Origin: an uncultured archaeon
GTDB lineage: Archaea; Thermoproteota; Bathyarchaeia; Bathyarchaeales; Bathycorpusculaceae
Reading direction: 5' to 3'
DNA length: 64,000 bases
NCBI GenBank assembly: GCA_963810275.1
Contig: CAWENF010000019.1
Location: 32,001 to 96,000 of the forward strand
Both the position numbers and the translations under genes were made by a program. Positions within the stretch are counted from its first letter, which is position 1; each line of letters starts with the position of its first letter. Positions 41,044-50,510 of the stretch are shown piece after piece. The notes below the pieces were generated by a model, which was not told the DNA's origin, searched no databases, and worked only from the letters and a program-made list of their open reading frames with translations.

Positions 41044-41622
41044 GTGGCGAAAAGAATCTACCTTGCAGGCCCTGAAGTCTTTTTACATAACGCTAAAGAA
41101 GTTGGAGAACAAAAAAAGACGCTGTGCCAAAAATACGGGTTCACTGGAGTCTTTCCCATAGATGTAGAGGTAAACGTGGAAGGAAAAACCCCACGGCAAA
41201 TCGGGCTTGAAATAAGTTGTGTCAACGAGAACTTAATCAGAAGCTGCGATGCCGTAATCGCCAACCTCACGCCGTTCCGTGGTGTAAGTGCAGATGTAGG
41301 CACTGTCTTTGAGGTTGGGTTTGCACATGCGTTGAATAAAAGAGTTTTAGCCTATACCAACGTGGAGGCTAATTTCGCTGAACGCACAGCCAAAGCTTTA
41401 GGCGGAGAGGTTAAGCGTTGGGCTGATGGTAGGCTGCGAGACGGTTTGGGGCTGTTTGTCGAGGAGAATGAAATGGTGGACAACTTGATGGTGGACGGCT
41501 GCCTACATGCTAACAGCGGGATTTTGGTGGTGGAGCCCGCACCCGCAGGTGAGTTGCTCACTTTTTTAGGTGGCTTTGAGAAATGCCTCATAGAAGCGCA
41601 AAAAAAGTTAGCCGAAAATTAG
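41044..41622 (+). CDS. Nucleoside 2-deoxyribosyltransferase family protein
   Basis: IYLAGP, ANLTPFRG, DVGTVFEVG and NLMV motifs. Confidence 0.93.
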   Translation: MAKRIYLAGPEVFLHNAKEVGEQKKTLCQKYGFTGVFPIDVEVNVEGKTPRQIGLEISCVNENLIRSCDAVIANLTPFRGVSADVGTVFEVGFAHALNKRVLAYTNVEANFAERTAKALGGEVKRWADGRLRDGLGLFVEENEMVDNLMVDGCLHANSGILVVEPAPAGELLTFLGGFEKCLIEAQKKLAEN

Positions 41623-41793
41623 TTTTATTCTTTGAAAATCGAAAAAGGCCTGCTCAATAATACAGTGAGTTCATTTAGTTTAATAAATATTTAGTAAATA
41701 TTTGTAAACCAAAAGGACAACCGCTAGTTCGACAGATAGTTAGACCTAAGTCGGTTGTTTTAAAAAGCATCCAGAAAGGTGAAGCACACATAA

Positions 41794-41944
41794 CCTCAGA
41801 ATTTGGGTCTGCTGAGGCCCTGAATAAGGAGCAAGAGCAAATTGCAAAAGCTCTCTCACGAGTTTAGGGCAGATGATATCGTGAACTTAAGCCAGAGCCC
41901 CAGTTTCTCAAAGTATGAAACCATACTTCAAGACCCAAATTTTT
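41794..41944 (+). ncRNA. Candidate multi-stem non-coding RNA
   Basis: Terminal stem ATTTGGGTCT/AGACCCAAAT with nested hairpins, an upstream TTTTAAAA and a downstream T-run. Confidence 0.4.
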
Positions 41945-42095
41945 ATTGGAATTCAGAGTATATAGTTATTTCGATTATATAACCTTAAAAACAGAAAAAA
42001 GTAAAAACCCAACCCCATTTTTTTAACAATTTACGGAAATTAGAAAACAATTTAAAGGACAGCAAAAACACTAAGCAAAGGAACGCAGAGTCAAA

Positions 42096-43058
42096 ATGAA
42101 AATCGACCAAGTCAACTCGTTAATCCTCAAAGAACTTCTAATAGACGGGCGCAAATCTTTCACGGATATCGCACAAATATGCGGCGAATCAAAAGAAGTC
42201 ATTGCCAACCGGTTCAGGCAAATGAAAAACCAAGGCATCATAGTAGGAGCTACAATACAAAACAGCTGCGCCTGCTACGACAGCAACTTCGTAGCAGCAT
42301 TTCAGATATACACCAGAACACGCAAAGTAGACGAGGCGTATCAGCTTCTAAAAACTTTCCCAAATATAATTGAAGTTTACCCCGCAGGAATTAATCCTAA
42401 CTTAAATACAGTTTTCACAATTAAATCCATAGCTGAGTTAGAGCATACAAGACAAGCCCTAAAGGAATTACCTGGCGCTTTAGATGTGGAAACTGAAATC
42501 TGGGTTGGTATGAGAAACAATCCGAATAACCTATCAATCTTAAACGAGGGCAGGCATCTGAAAATTGAGGACCTCAAAGCCAACCCTAAGCGGGAAGACT
42601 ATCCTCAAATAGATGAAATTGACAAAGCCATACTTGAAAAACTAGTTAACGATTCCAGAGTGCCCTTCAGCAAAATCGCTGCTGAACTGAGAATATCAAC
42701 TGATACTGTCTCCAAACGATACGAGAGACTAAAACTAAACAATCACGTTAAACCCGTTATTCGAGTAAACCCCCTAAAAATAGGCTACAGAGCTTTTGCA
42801 CTTTTTAAATTGAGTTTTTCAGAGGACAGCTTAAACAGTAGTATAGATTCCCTCTCAGTGATCCCCGATTTTAACTTTATCCATAAAATCAGCGGAAAAC
42901 ATGACTGCTGGGCAAGCCTCATGATTAAGGACATTGACCAATTTACTGCGGTGCAAGGACAAATTCTGGAGATGGAAAACCTCAACCACATGGAGTTTTC
43001 AGTATCTAAATTGTTCAGTGCATGGCCTCTGCCAAGAGAGTTCACCTCAAGCTTTTAA
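42096..43058 (+). CDS. Tandem (duplicated) Lrp/AsnC regulator
   Basis: Two HTH-RAM units (DGRKSFTDIA and DSRVPFSKIA). Confidence 0.93.
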   Translation: MKIDQVNSLILKELLIDGRKSFTDIAQICGESKEVIANRFRQMKNQGIIVGATIQNSCACYDSNFVAAFQIYTRTRKVDEAYQLLKTFPNIIEVYPAGINPNLNTVFTIKSIAELEHTRQALKELPGALDVETEIWVGMRNNPNNLSILNEGRHLKIEDLKANPKREDYPQIDEIDKAILEKLVNDSRVPFSKIAAELRISTDTVSKRYERLKLNNHVKPVIRVNPLKIGYRAFALFKLSFSEDSLNSSIDSLSVIPDFNFIHKISGKHDCWASLMIKDIDQFTAVQGQILEMENLNHMEFSVSKLFSAWPLPREFTSSF

Positions 43059-43216
43059 GGTATTTTCAAACACCCGAAAAGAGATTTTGCCAGAATAGTG
43101 CCGCCTGCTAATTGGCTGCCCGTTTACCGCTAAAACCTTCAAAAGATGCCAGCACACTCATGTGGGGGAAAGATTACGGGAGTGTTTTTAAGGTTTCCAA
43201 AAGAAATAAAGAGAAG

Positions 43217-43954
43217 TCACGGGTGGTAGCTGTAGCTGTTTTGGATTATGGTGCCGTTTTGCAGCGTGCCCTGCCACATCATAGCTGGCGTGTCCCCTGA
43301 TAAGGTATAGTCCGCGTTTATTTTGTACATTGGGTTTGGCACCACTGGGTACTGCATGGTTACGTTCCATCCTGTGCTCTGGTAGTTGTAGGTTTCTGAA
43401 CCTACCATCATGCCAGAGTTAATTCTGCCGCCCATCCAAGACACATCATGCATGTAAAGCATTATCTCGTTGTGGTATGCGTAAATGTATTGCAAAGTCA
43501 AATCGCGAACCTGCTCCTGAGTTAAGGTAGTGTCTAATGGGAGGGTGCAGCGTATTTCAGCTATGACTCCGTTGGTGTATGTGCCCGTCCAATTGAAGGA
43601 GCCGTCACCAGAGTACTGGATGGCCAGATTGTAAGTTGGGTTGGGAACCACAGGGTACTCGATTTTGACTTTCCAGTCGTTGCCTGTGTAAATGTAAGTC
43701 TCTGCACCCAGCAGGCCAGATTCTTCTCGGCTGCCCGTCCAGTGGAATGCGGACATCTTGGGCAAGGTTTGAGTGTGGTTTGCCGCCACATAGGTTATTG
43801 CTTGGTCACGTATATCCTCTAAGCCAAATACTACGGGGGTTTGGGGTTGATTGTTGTCTTGAGATTGGTTTGTGAGGTAACTGTAAGCGATTGCTGCCCC
43901 TGCAATTACAACAATTAAAACTACCACTGTAACTGTTAAGAAAGCTTTACGCAT
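43217..43954 (-). CDS. Membrane-anchored extracellular protein with an internal duplication
   Basis: N-terminal TM; two repeats each containing RD....Y....H, G.ETY.Y and YPVVPNP.Y. Confidence 0.85.
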   Translation of the reverse strand: MRKAFLTVTVVVLIVVIAGAAIAYSYLTNQSQDNNQPQTPVVFGLEDIRDQAITYVAANHTQTLPKMSAFHWTGSREESGLLGAETYIYTGNDWKVKIEYPVVPNPTYNLAIQYSGDGSFNWTGTYTNGVIAEIRCTLPLDTTLTQEQVRDLTLQYIYAYHNEIMLYMHDVSWMGGRINSGMMVGSETYNYQSTGWNVTMQYPVVPNPMYKINADYTLSGDTPAMMWQGTLQNGTIIQNSYSYHP

Positions 43955-44097
43955 AGGTTGAGTCTCTACAAAAATATAGAGACAGATACATATATAGAAT
44001 CTTTGTTGCGCCAATCCCAAATGGAACTGAACCGCAGATACAGTTAATTGTTTTTTCTTCCGAAAAAGCGCTGAAATAGTAAAGAAAATAAAGGCAG

Positions 44098-44424
44098 TTA
44101 CATGCCCATCATGGACATGGGGTCACCGTGGTCGTGATCATTTTCGTTTTCTTCGGTGATGTGATGCCAAACGTGCAGCCCCAGCCCTGTTGATGCACCT
44201 GCGGCTAAGCCGATAAGCAGGTACGTTAACCAAGTGTAGCCGAACACCATGCCGACAACTGCTAAAACGTCAAAGATGATTGCCATAGCAAGATAGCCGC
44301 CGCACCAAGTTTTCATGCTCATGCCTCGAGGCTTGTTGATGCCGATGCCCCCGAGATATCCGAACATGATTATAAAGCCAACTAAAGCGAGAAGCAAGTT
44401 AATTATGTAAGGATCTAAAGCCAT
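44098..44424 (-). CDS. Small three-TM protein with His-rich C-terminus
   Basis: GAGGT RBS; LHVWHH...DHDHGD segment. Confidence 0.8.
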   Translation of the reverse strand: MALDPYIINLLLALVGFIIMFGYLGGIGINKPRGMSMKTWCGGYLAMAIIFDVLAVVGMVFGYTWLTYLLIGLAAGASTGLGLHVWHHITEENENDHDHGDPMSMMGM

Positions 44425-44570
44425 ACGTTCTACCTCAATGGGCTAAAATTGACTTTTAAGTTAATTAGCATATCGGAATCATGCGTTGATACCCAAGATA
44501 CATAGATAGTTGATGGTTTAATGCACTAGTGTTTTTTAACAGCCAAATTTAATCCATATCAACAATAAGG

Positions 44571-46739
44571 GTGTGGATCAAAATAGCAAACTTTGACGTT
44601 AGACACTGCCATAAATGGGCACAGCTTTTGGTTGAACGCAAAGCTAAACTTGACGAAGCCGTCGAGGGCGCAGAGAAAGGAGATTTTGACTCAGCTAAAC
44701 GCTTAACAAGCCAAATCTTTAGCGGTTTCATGGCGGGCAGACAAGCCGACCCAGGAATGGCAGGTTCGCTTCTGTACCACATGGCTATGGTTACAAAGAT
44801 GGAATCCGAAACCCAAGTGCTTCTGGATGAACTAAAAATCGAGGCACCCGACGTTTCGGCGCGGCTAGCCCAAATCTACGATGACTTCTACACCGACGCC
44901 CAGCAGCTAACCAAAGACGTCATGCAGCTAAAATACGACGCCAAAGTCGTAGCCGACACACACCATTTGAGCAGTGAAGAAAAAATTGCGCTGTTCAACA
45001 AACTCAAGGCCGAACAGAAACAGGTGGAGGGCATTCTCAGCCAAAAAGGCGCCTCCTCAATTGCTCAGCTTAGGAAAGTATTTGATGACTGGGCGCAGCC
45101 GGTTGCTTTAATGCGGCTTATTCAGGAGTACGAAACCATAAGAGGACTTCTGGTACTTTCTGAGTTAACAAAAACTTTGGGTTTCGACGCAGTTGAAGTT
45201 GCAATGGCAAAAGTTAAAGACTTATTTGGTCAGCAAACCGTAAACATTGCCCTTGACGTCACCCTTAAAGTTGGCATGCGTCGCGAAAAACTCCAATCCG
45301 TCATGCTGGCAGACCACTTCATCAAAATGCAAATGAGCGGAGAAAAACTTGATGGCAACATGGAGTTTCTCAACTGCCCAATCCACGGGGGACACAAATA
45401 CGCCCAAGACAAATATGGTATAGACCCCAAAGTTTCTCAGCTATTTTGCCGCCACTTCTGCTTCGCCCATGCAAAAGCCATGCTGGACACAGTACTGCCG
45501 TTCCCATTCACGCTATGGCAACCCAAACTCATGGCTTCCGACGAAGTTTGTCAGTACTACCTAAAACTCGCCTACTCACCTGAGGCTAAACAGGATGAAC
45601 GCTTTGTGCCGCTTGTCTTATCCTATAACGTGACACGGGAGTGCAACATGAAATGCAGCCACTGCTACATCAACGCCACCGAAAACAAACTCCCAAACGA
45701 GTTGTCCACCAAAGAAGCCAAAGAGCTTATGGATCAAATCGCTGAAGTCAGCCACCCCCTACTGATTTTAAGCGGCGGCGAGCCTCTACTGCGTGAAGAC
45801 ATCTATGAACTCATCAATTATGGTACCTCGAAGGGGCTGAAGATGGGTTTGGGCAGCAACGGCTACCTCATTGATGACGCAGTTGCGAAGAAACTTAAGG
45901 ATGCAGGCATCGCAACGGTTTCTGTCAGCATAGATTCCAGCGTGCCTCAACAGCATGATGAGTTCCGAGGCGTCAGTGGCGCATGGCAGAAAGCAGTCTA
46001 CGCATGCAAAGCACTGCGCCAAAATGGCGTGCTCGTCCAAGTCAACACCACCTTAACCCACGATAATTATGACCAAATCGACGACATAATGACTTTAGCT
46101 GAGTCGATTGGCGTGGAAAACTTCCATCTCTTCTTCCTGGTGCCAACCGGCAGAGGCAAAACGATTGACGACATATCCGCCCAAAAATATGAGGAAATGA
46201 TAACCAACACGTTTGCCAAAGTCCACACACACCGCCTAAACGTGCGCCCCAGTTGTGCGCCGCAGTTCATGCGTATCGCGCAGGGCATGGGTTTGGAGAT
46301 GCGGCAGTGGATACGCGGCTGTATCGCAGGCATGCATTACTGTAGGGTTTACCCCAACGGTGACATAACCCCCTGTCCCTACTTGCCGATTAAGCTGGGC
46401 AACATCCGCGAGAAGTCGTTTAAGGAAATCTGGTTCACCAGCGAAGTGTTCCAGAACCTGCGAAATCCCTGCACGCTTAAAGGGAAATGCGGTGAATGCG
46501 AATTCAAAGTTGTATGCGGCGGATGTAGAGCCCGCGCTTACGGGTTATCCAGCGACTTCATTGACTACTGCGGCGACCTTAATGTGCCCACAGAGCAGAA
46601 AAGCGACTATTTAGCCGAGGACCCATGGTGCATGTATCAGCCTAAAAAACAGCCAATTACCTCATCGGAGCAGGCAGCAGACCCAAATATTAGCCAACAT
46701 CCCAAAACAACCTTAGAAACTAAAAAACACCCAATATAA
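44571..46739 (+). CDS. Radical SAM/SPASM protein (AhbC/AhbD/NirJ-like) with an N-terminal extension of about 340 aa
   Basis: CNMKCSHCY, SGGEPL, FFLVPTGRG, CAPQF, GCIAG and GKCGEC...CGGCRARAY motifs. Confidence 0.9.
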   Translation: MWIKIANFDVRHCHKWAQLLVERKAKLDEAVEGAEKGDFDSAKRLTSQIFSGFMAGRQADPGMAGSLLYHMAMVTKMESETQVLLDELKIEAPDVSARLAQIYDDFYTDAQQLTKDVMQLKYDAKVVADTHHLSSEEKIALFNKLKAEQKQVEGILSQKGASSIAQLRKVFDDWAQPVALMRLIQEYETIRGLLVLSELTKTLGFDAVEVAMAKVKDLFGQQTVNIALDVTLKVGMRREKLQSVMLADHFIKMQMSGEKLDGNMEFLNCPIHGGHKYAQDKYGIDPKVSQLFCRHFCFAHAKAMLDTVLPFPFTLWQPKLMASDEVCQYYLKLAYSPEAKQDERFVPLVLSYNVTRECNMKCSHCYINATENKLPNELSTKEAKELMDQIAEVSHPLLILSGGEPLLREDIYELINYGTSKGLKMGLGSNGYLIDDAVAKKLKDAGIATVSVSIDSSVPQQHDEFRGVSGAWQKAVYACKALRQNGVLVQVNTTLTHDNYDQIDDIMTLAESIGVENFHLFFLVPTGRGKTIDDISAQKYEEMITNTFAKVHTHRLNVRPSCAPQFMRIAQGMGLEMRQWIRGCIAGMHYCRVYPNGDITPCPYLPIKLGNIREKSFKEIWFTSEVFQNLRNPCTLKGKCGECEFKVVCGGCRARAYGLSSDFIDYCGDLNVPTEQKSDYLAEDPWCMYQPKKQPITSSEQAADPNISQHPKTTLETKKHPI

Positions 46740-47037
46740 GGCATTTAATAAGCCACATTTTTTACTTTTTGAGGCAGAAAACTGAGGGCCGTATACAAAA
46801 GCATCAACCAAACCCAATCACAACCACACTTTTCGTAACACCCAACCCCAAAATACAGGCCACCAAAAAACCCACTGCTTGCTTTTGAAAAAAGAGGCTC
46901 ACAGCAACAATTAAAACAAAAACAGCAGGATACATAATCTATTTAAGCCAAAGCTGTCTTTCCAAAGTTCAACTGGTAGTTAATTGAGGCTTTGGCAGTT
47001 CGCACAGCTATATGTAAATGTGGACCGCCAAGGGCAT

Positions 47038-47163
47038 AGGGGGCGCAGCAAACGAGAAATGTCCACACACCGAAAGATTCTTTTGCCGTAACAGCGGCAA
47101 CCACACATATAGGCAGGCGACGCCCTCTCACTGAAACGCATAAAGCGGGAACTGCGTAGGAGG
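47038..47163 (+). promoter_or_regulatory. Structured 5' leader of the MgtE-like operon (candidate cis-regulatory RNA)
   Basis: Three stems between a TATA-like box and the AGGAGG RBS. Confidence 0.4.
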
Positions 47164-47207
47164 CCGCCGAGATAACTCATGCAGGCATCTCTAACAGCTT
47201 CAGTGGA

Positions 47208-48371
47208 ATGTTCAAAGAAACCTCGGTAGCATGCCTATTTGACTTAATCAGCTTAATCCCCGGTTTCATCATCGCTCTTCAGTTGGGCATTTTTAATTTG
47301 TCGCCTTGGGCTTTGGCGCTTTATCCCGCCGTAATAAGCGTCAAAGCCGTCATCACCGGACTCCTTACGGGACGGCTGAGCACTGCATTGCACTTGGGCA
47401 CCATGTATCCCCGGTTTTTCGGCAACACCAAAAGTTTCTACCGTCTAATCGCAAGCATGATTGTTTTGACGTTGGGTACTAGCGTCACCATAAGCGCATT
47501 TTCTTTTGTTTTTGGCACATTATTTTGGGGAGTCACAGTAAACGAGTTCTCTGCTATCCTCTCCGTTATGGTCGCCACACTTTCACTGGGGCTACTCGTT
47601 GCCCTGACAACAGTACAGTTAACATTTATCTCCTTTAAACGCAGCTTTGACCCCGACACAGTACTTTACCCTGCCGTCTCCACAGTCGCAAACATAGTCA
47701 TGACATTCCTCTACATAGCAGTACTTCACGTTTTCTTTTCAGGAACAAACGGTAAATGGGCAATAATTTTCTTCGGCTTAATCAACGTGTTCTTGGTTCT
47801 CTTCGTTTTGCCCCTAAACATCCGCAACAAAGAGTTCCGCCAAATCCTCAAGGAATCTTTACCCACCATGGTTTTGGCGGCGTTTATTGTTAACGTCACA
47901 GGCACACTGTTCAAAGCAATAGGGGATTTCGCGGCACCTAGACGGGAAATATACACGGTTTATCCTGCTATGATTGATATGATAGGAGACGCAGGGTTGG
48001 TAGTGGGTTCTGCGGCTACAGTGAAACTGACGTTGGGCCTGCTGAAGCCGTCGCTTGGGTCTATCAAAAACCATGTTAAAAACATCCTGAGTGCATGGGC
48101 TTCAACGCTGCTGCTGTTCATGGCTATGGGCGTCATTGCGTTGGCGATTAACGGAATATTCAATATTTGGGAAGTGACGAATTTGCTGCTGATTCTGTTA
48201 GTGGCAAATGTAATTTCCTTTGTGGCGATAGTTGTGGTTTCCTATGCAATAGCCATCTTAACCTTTAAGCGTGGCTTAGACCCGGACAACTTTGTCATAC
48301 CCGTCGAAAACTCCCTAGCAGACGCCATAACAACCGCCTCCTTACTCGCGGCCCTTTTGCTAATTGTTTAG
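47208..48371 (+). CDS. MgtE-family transporter with duplicated integral-membrane domain
   Basis: RLSTALHLG, FDPDTV and GLDPDNFVIP...LAD motifs. Confidence 0.9.
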   Translation: MFKETSVACLFDLISLIPGFIIALQLGIFNLSPWALALYPAVISVKAVITGLLTGRLSTALHLGTMYPRFFGNTKSFYRLIASMIVLTLGTSVTISAFSFVFGTLFWGVTVNEFSAILSVMVATLSLGLLVALTTVQLTFISFKRSFDPDTVLYPAVSTVANIVMTFLYIAVLHVFFSGTNGKWAIIFFGLINVFLVLFVLPLNIRNKEFRQILKESLPTMVLAAFIVNVTGTLFKAIGDFAAPRREIYTVYPAMIDMIGDAGLVVGSAATVKLTLGLLKPSLGSIKNHVKNILSAWASTLLLFMAMGVIALAINGIFNIWEVTNLLLILLVANVISFVAIVVVSYAIAILTFKRGLDPDNFVIPVENSLADAITTASLLAALLLIV

Positions 48372-48435
48372 AAGTCGCATAAACAAATTAAAATATCAAG
48401 GTAAGCAAGTATAGTTTCGGAGCGACCTAACAAAG

Positions 48436-49638
48436 TTGCGGGAATTTGAAAAAATAGAGTATAAACCTATCCCAGTCCGCCAATTACTTTTAGAAATGAA
48501 AAATCTCTCGGAGTTAATGATTGACCTCGCATACTCCTCTGCACTCTACAACGACAAAGACTTAGCAGAGGACGTGCTGGCGCTGGAGAGAAGAGTAGAC
48601 AACTTATCATACCTACTGGACATGGAAGTCATGGTTGCTGCACGCGACTCCAAAGACGCAGAACAGCTAATTGGAGTTTCCACCATGGCGGCTTCAACTG
48701 ACAAAATCAGCGACGCCGCAGCAGACATCGCCGCCATCGTAACCAGAAATATAGGCATCAACCCCATTGTCGGCTTCATCTTCGAAAAAGCCGAAGAACG
48801 CCTCATGAAAGTAACAGTGAAACCCAACTCAGAATTAATCAAAAAAGAAATCGAAGAACTCGACTTAGCAGCATCCATGGGAGTAGACATAATCGCCATA
48901 CGCAGAAACAACGACTGGATTTTGGACCCAGGAAAAAAAGAAAGAGTTTACGAAGGCGACATCCTAATCACCCGTGGAGACAACTCAGGCGTTGAAGAAT
49001 TCAAAGAAGCCGCTGAAGGCAAACTAACCACACTAACAACTGAGAAACGGGCTAAGTTCGAAGAAATTGCCTCCCGCTTTGTCGAGCTAAAAGATACCTC
49101 CGAATTGATGATGGACTTGGCGTATTCGTCGCTTCTGCTAAACAGTCAAGAGCTAGCAGAGGAAGTAGAGCAGTTAGAGGAACGCATGGATCAGTTGCAC
49201 ACGGATTTTGAGTTGCTAGCGTTAACTGCTGATTACCAGAACAGCGAAGCCTCCGGCATTTTAGGCTTGATTCGGCTTGGTATAGCTACAGAGAAAATCG
49301 CCGACGCCGCAGCAGATATGGCTGAAGTTGTCTTAAGAGGTATGGAGCCGCATCCGATTTTGGGGATGGCTATCGAGGAAGCGGAAGAAACTGTTATACG
49401 GGCATGCGTCACTGAGGATTCGCCGCTGGTCGGTAAGAGCCTAAAAGAGGCGCGGTTACACGATGAAACAGGCATGTGGGTTTTGGTTATTAAACGCGAC
49501 GACAAGTACCTGCGTCCAAGGACTGACCCTAAAATCTGGGTGGGTGACGTATTGGTGGCAAGCGGTTACGCGGAAGGTGTTGATGCCTTGCGGGAACTGG
49601 CGTCTCCTTCGCTTAGCTGCGATGTAGAGAACGATTAG
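48436..49638 (+). CDS. Tandem PhoU-TrkA_C (RCK_C) regulatory protein
   Basis: Two K..SELM.DLAYS units, each followed by an RCK_C domain. Confidence 0.92.
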   Translation: MREFEKIEYKPIPVRQLLLEMKNLSELMIDLAYSSALYNDKDLAEDVLALERRVDNLSYLLDMEVMVAARDSKDAEQLIGVSTMAASTDKISDAAADIAAIVTRNIGINPIVGFIFEKAEERLMKVTVKPNSELIKKEIEELDLAASMGVDIIAIRRNNDWILDPGKKERVYEGDILITRGDNSGVEEFKEAAEGKLTTLTTEKRAKFEEIASRFVELKDTSELMMDLAYSSLLLNSQELAEEVEQLEERMDQLHTDFELLALTADYQNSEASGILGLIRLGIATEKIADAAADMAEVVLRGMEPHPILGMAIEEAEETVIRACVTEDSPLVGKSLKEARLHDETGMWVLVIKRDDKYLRPRTDPKIWVGDVLVASGYAEGVDALRELASPSLSCDVEND

Positions 49639-49694
49639 TTCGTATTTCAGATTCAATAATATAAGCTCCCAAACCTTACCGTACGTTATGTCTT

Positions 49695-50032
49695 ATGGGG
49701 AAAAAATGCCTTCACATGCAGCAATCCAGCCTGTAAAGCCACGTTTGCCACTCCCCTGAAAACGTTGAATCTGCAGGATAACCCAGCGGACCCTACGACG
49801 CCTGCCCAGTTTGCCTCACACGTATTGAAGATGCGAACCTGAAGGTTTTGGATAAGCCCAGTCAAGTTAAGCATAAAAAGCATAAACCATCTGCGGCCGA
49901 GAAGCCTGCTGAGTGTCGCTATCACTTAGGTTACTTAGTGAGCGGGCTCAAAATGAGCAGATTCCCGAAGACTGTCTTTTATGCAAAAATATTGTTGATT
50001 GTATTCTTAAGAAGAAGCGGGACGACCAGTAA
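49695..50032 (+). CDS. Small Cys-rich zinc-binding protein (three frameshifts)
   Basis: Stitched frames give CSNPAC..F..P, YDACPVCL, CRYHLGYL and IPEDCLLCKNIVDC. Confidence 0.6.
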
Positions 50033-50118
50033 TTTGGGCTGACAAACGGCGTCTACCCAAGTTGCGATAATTTAGATAAATAAAATCGGGAAAAGTAAAA
50101 ATTAAGAAAAAAGAAAGC

Positions 50119-50430
50119 TTATTTCTTTTCCTCGGTTGCTTCGGTTTTATTGTCTTCGATTTCGGTTGTGATTTCTTCAATCGGCTTTGGCGGAGGTGTT
50201 GTTGCCATTGTCCATCCGATCCATGCACCTATGAAGAGGATTGCGACGAAGGCGATGAATACGGGTGCAGCTATAAGCCAGTATGATACAGCAGCAGTGC
50301 TTGGGAGCCATGACCAGTTCAGTATATCAACTATCCATGGATAACCAAATAATGCTACTATGTAACCTACAGCAACGATGACACAGACGGCGAGAATTGC
50401 TCCACCGATTCCTTGATCTTTGCTAACCAT
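50119..50430 (-). CDS. Two-TM membrane protein, DPM2-like
   Basis: DQGIG..I.AV...Y, PWI, LP, AP and LFIG.WI.WTM pattern; GGTGA RBS. Confidence 0.6.
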   Translation of the reverse strand: MVSKDQGIGGAILAVCVIVAVGYIVALFGYPWIVDILNWSWLPSTAAVSYWLIAAPVFIAFVAILFIGAWIGWTMATTPPPKPIEEITTEIEDNKTEATEEKK

Positions 50431-50510
50431 TTAGTGATTTCACCACTTTATTAGCCATTGTATTCGGTTAATCAATTTAAAGTTTGTCATGCTTCCAAGC
50501 GAGCCAACAA

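Noticed and set aside
41809-41876. CTGCTGA followed by a stem as a hammerhead ribozyme variant
   Set aside because: The stem is not followed by the required GAAA, and there is no matching stem III or cleavage triplet.
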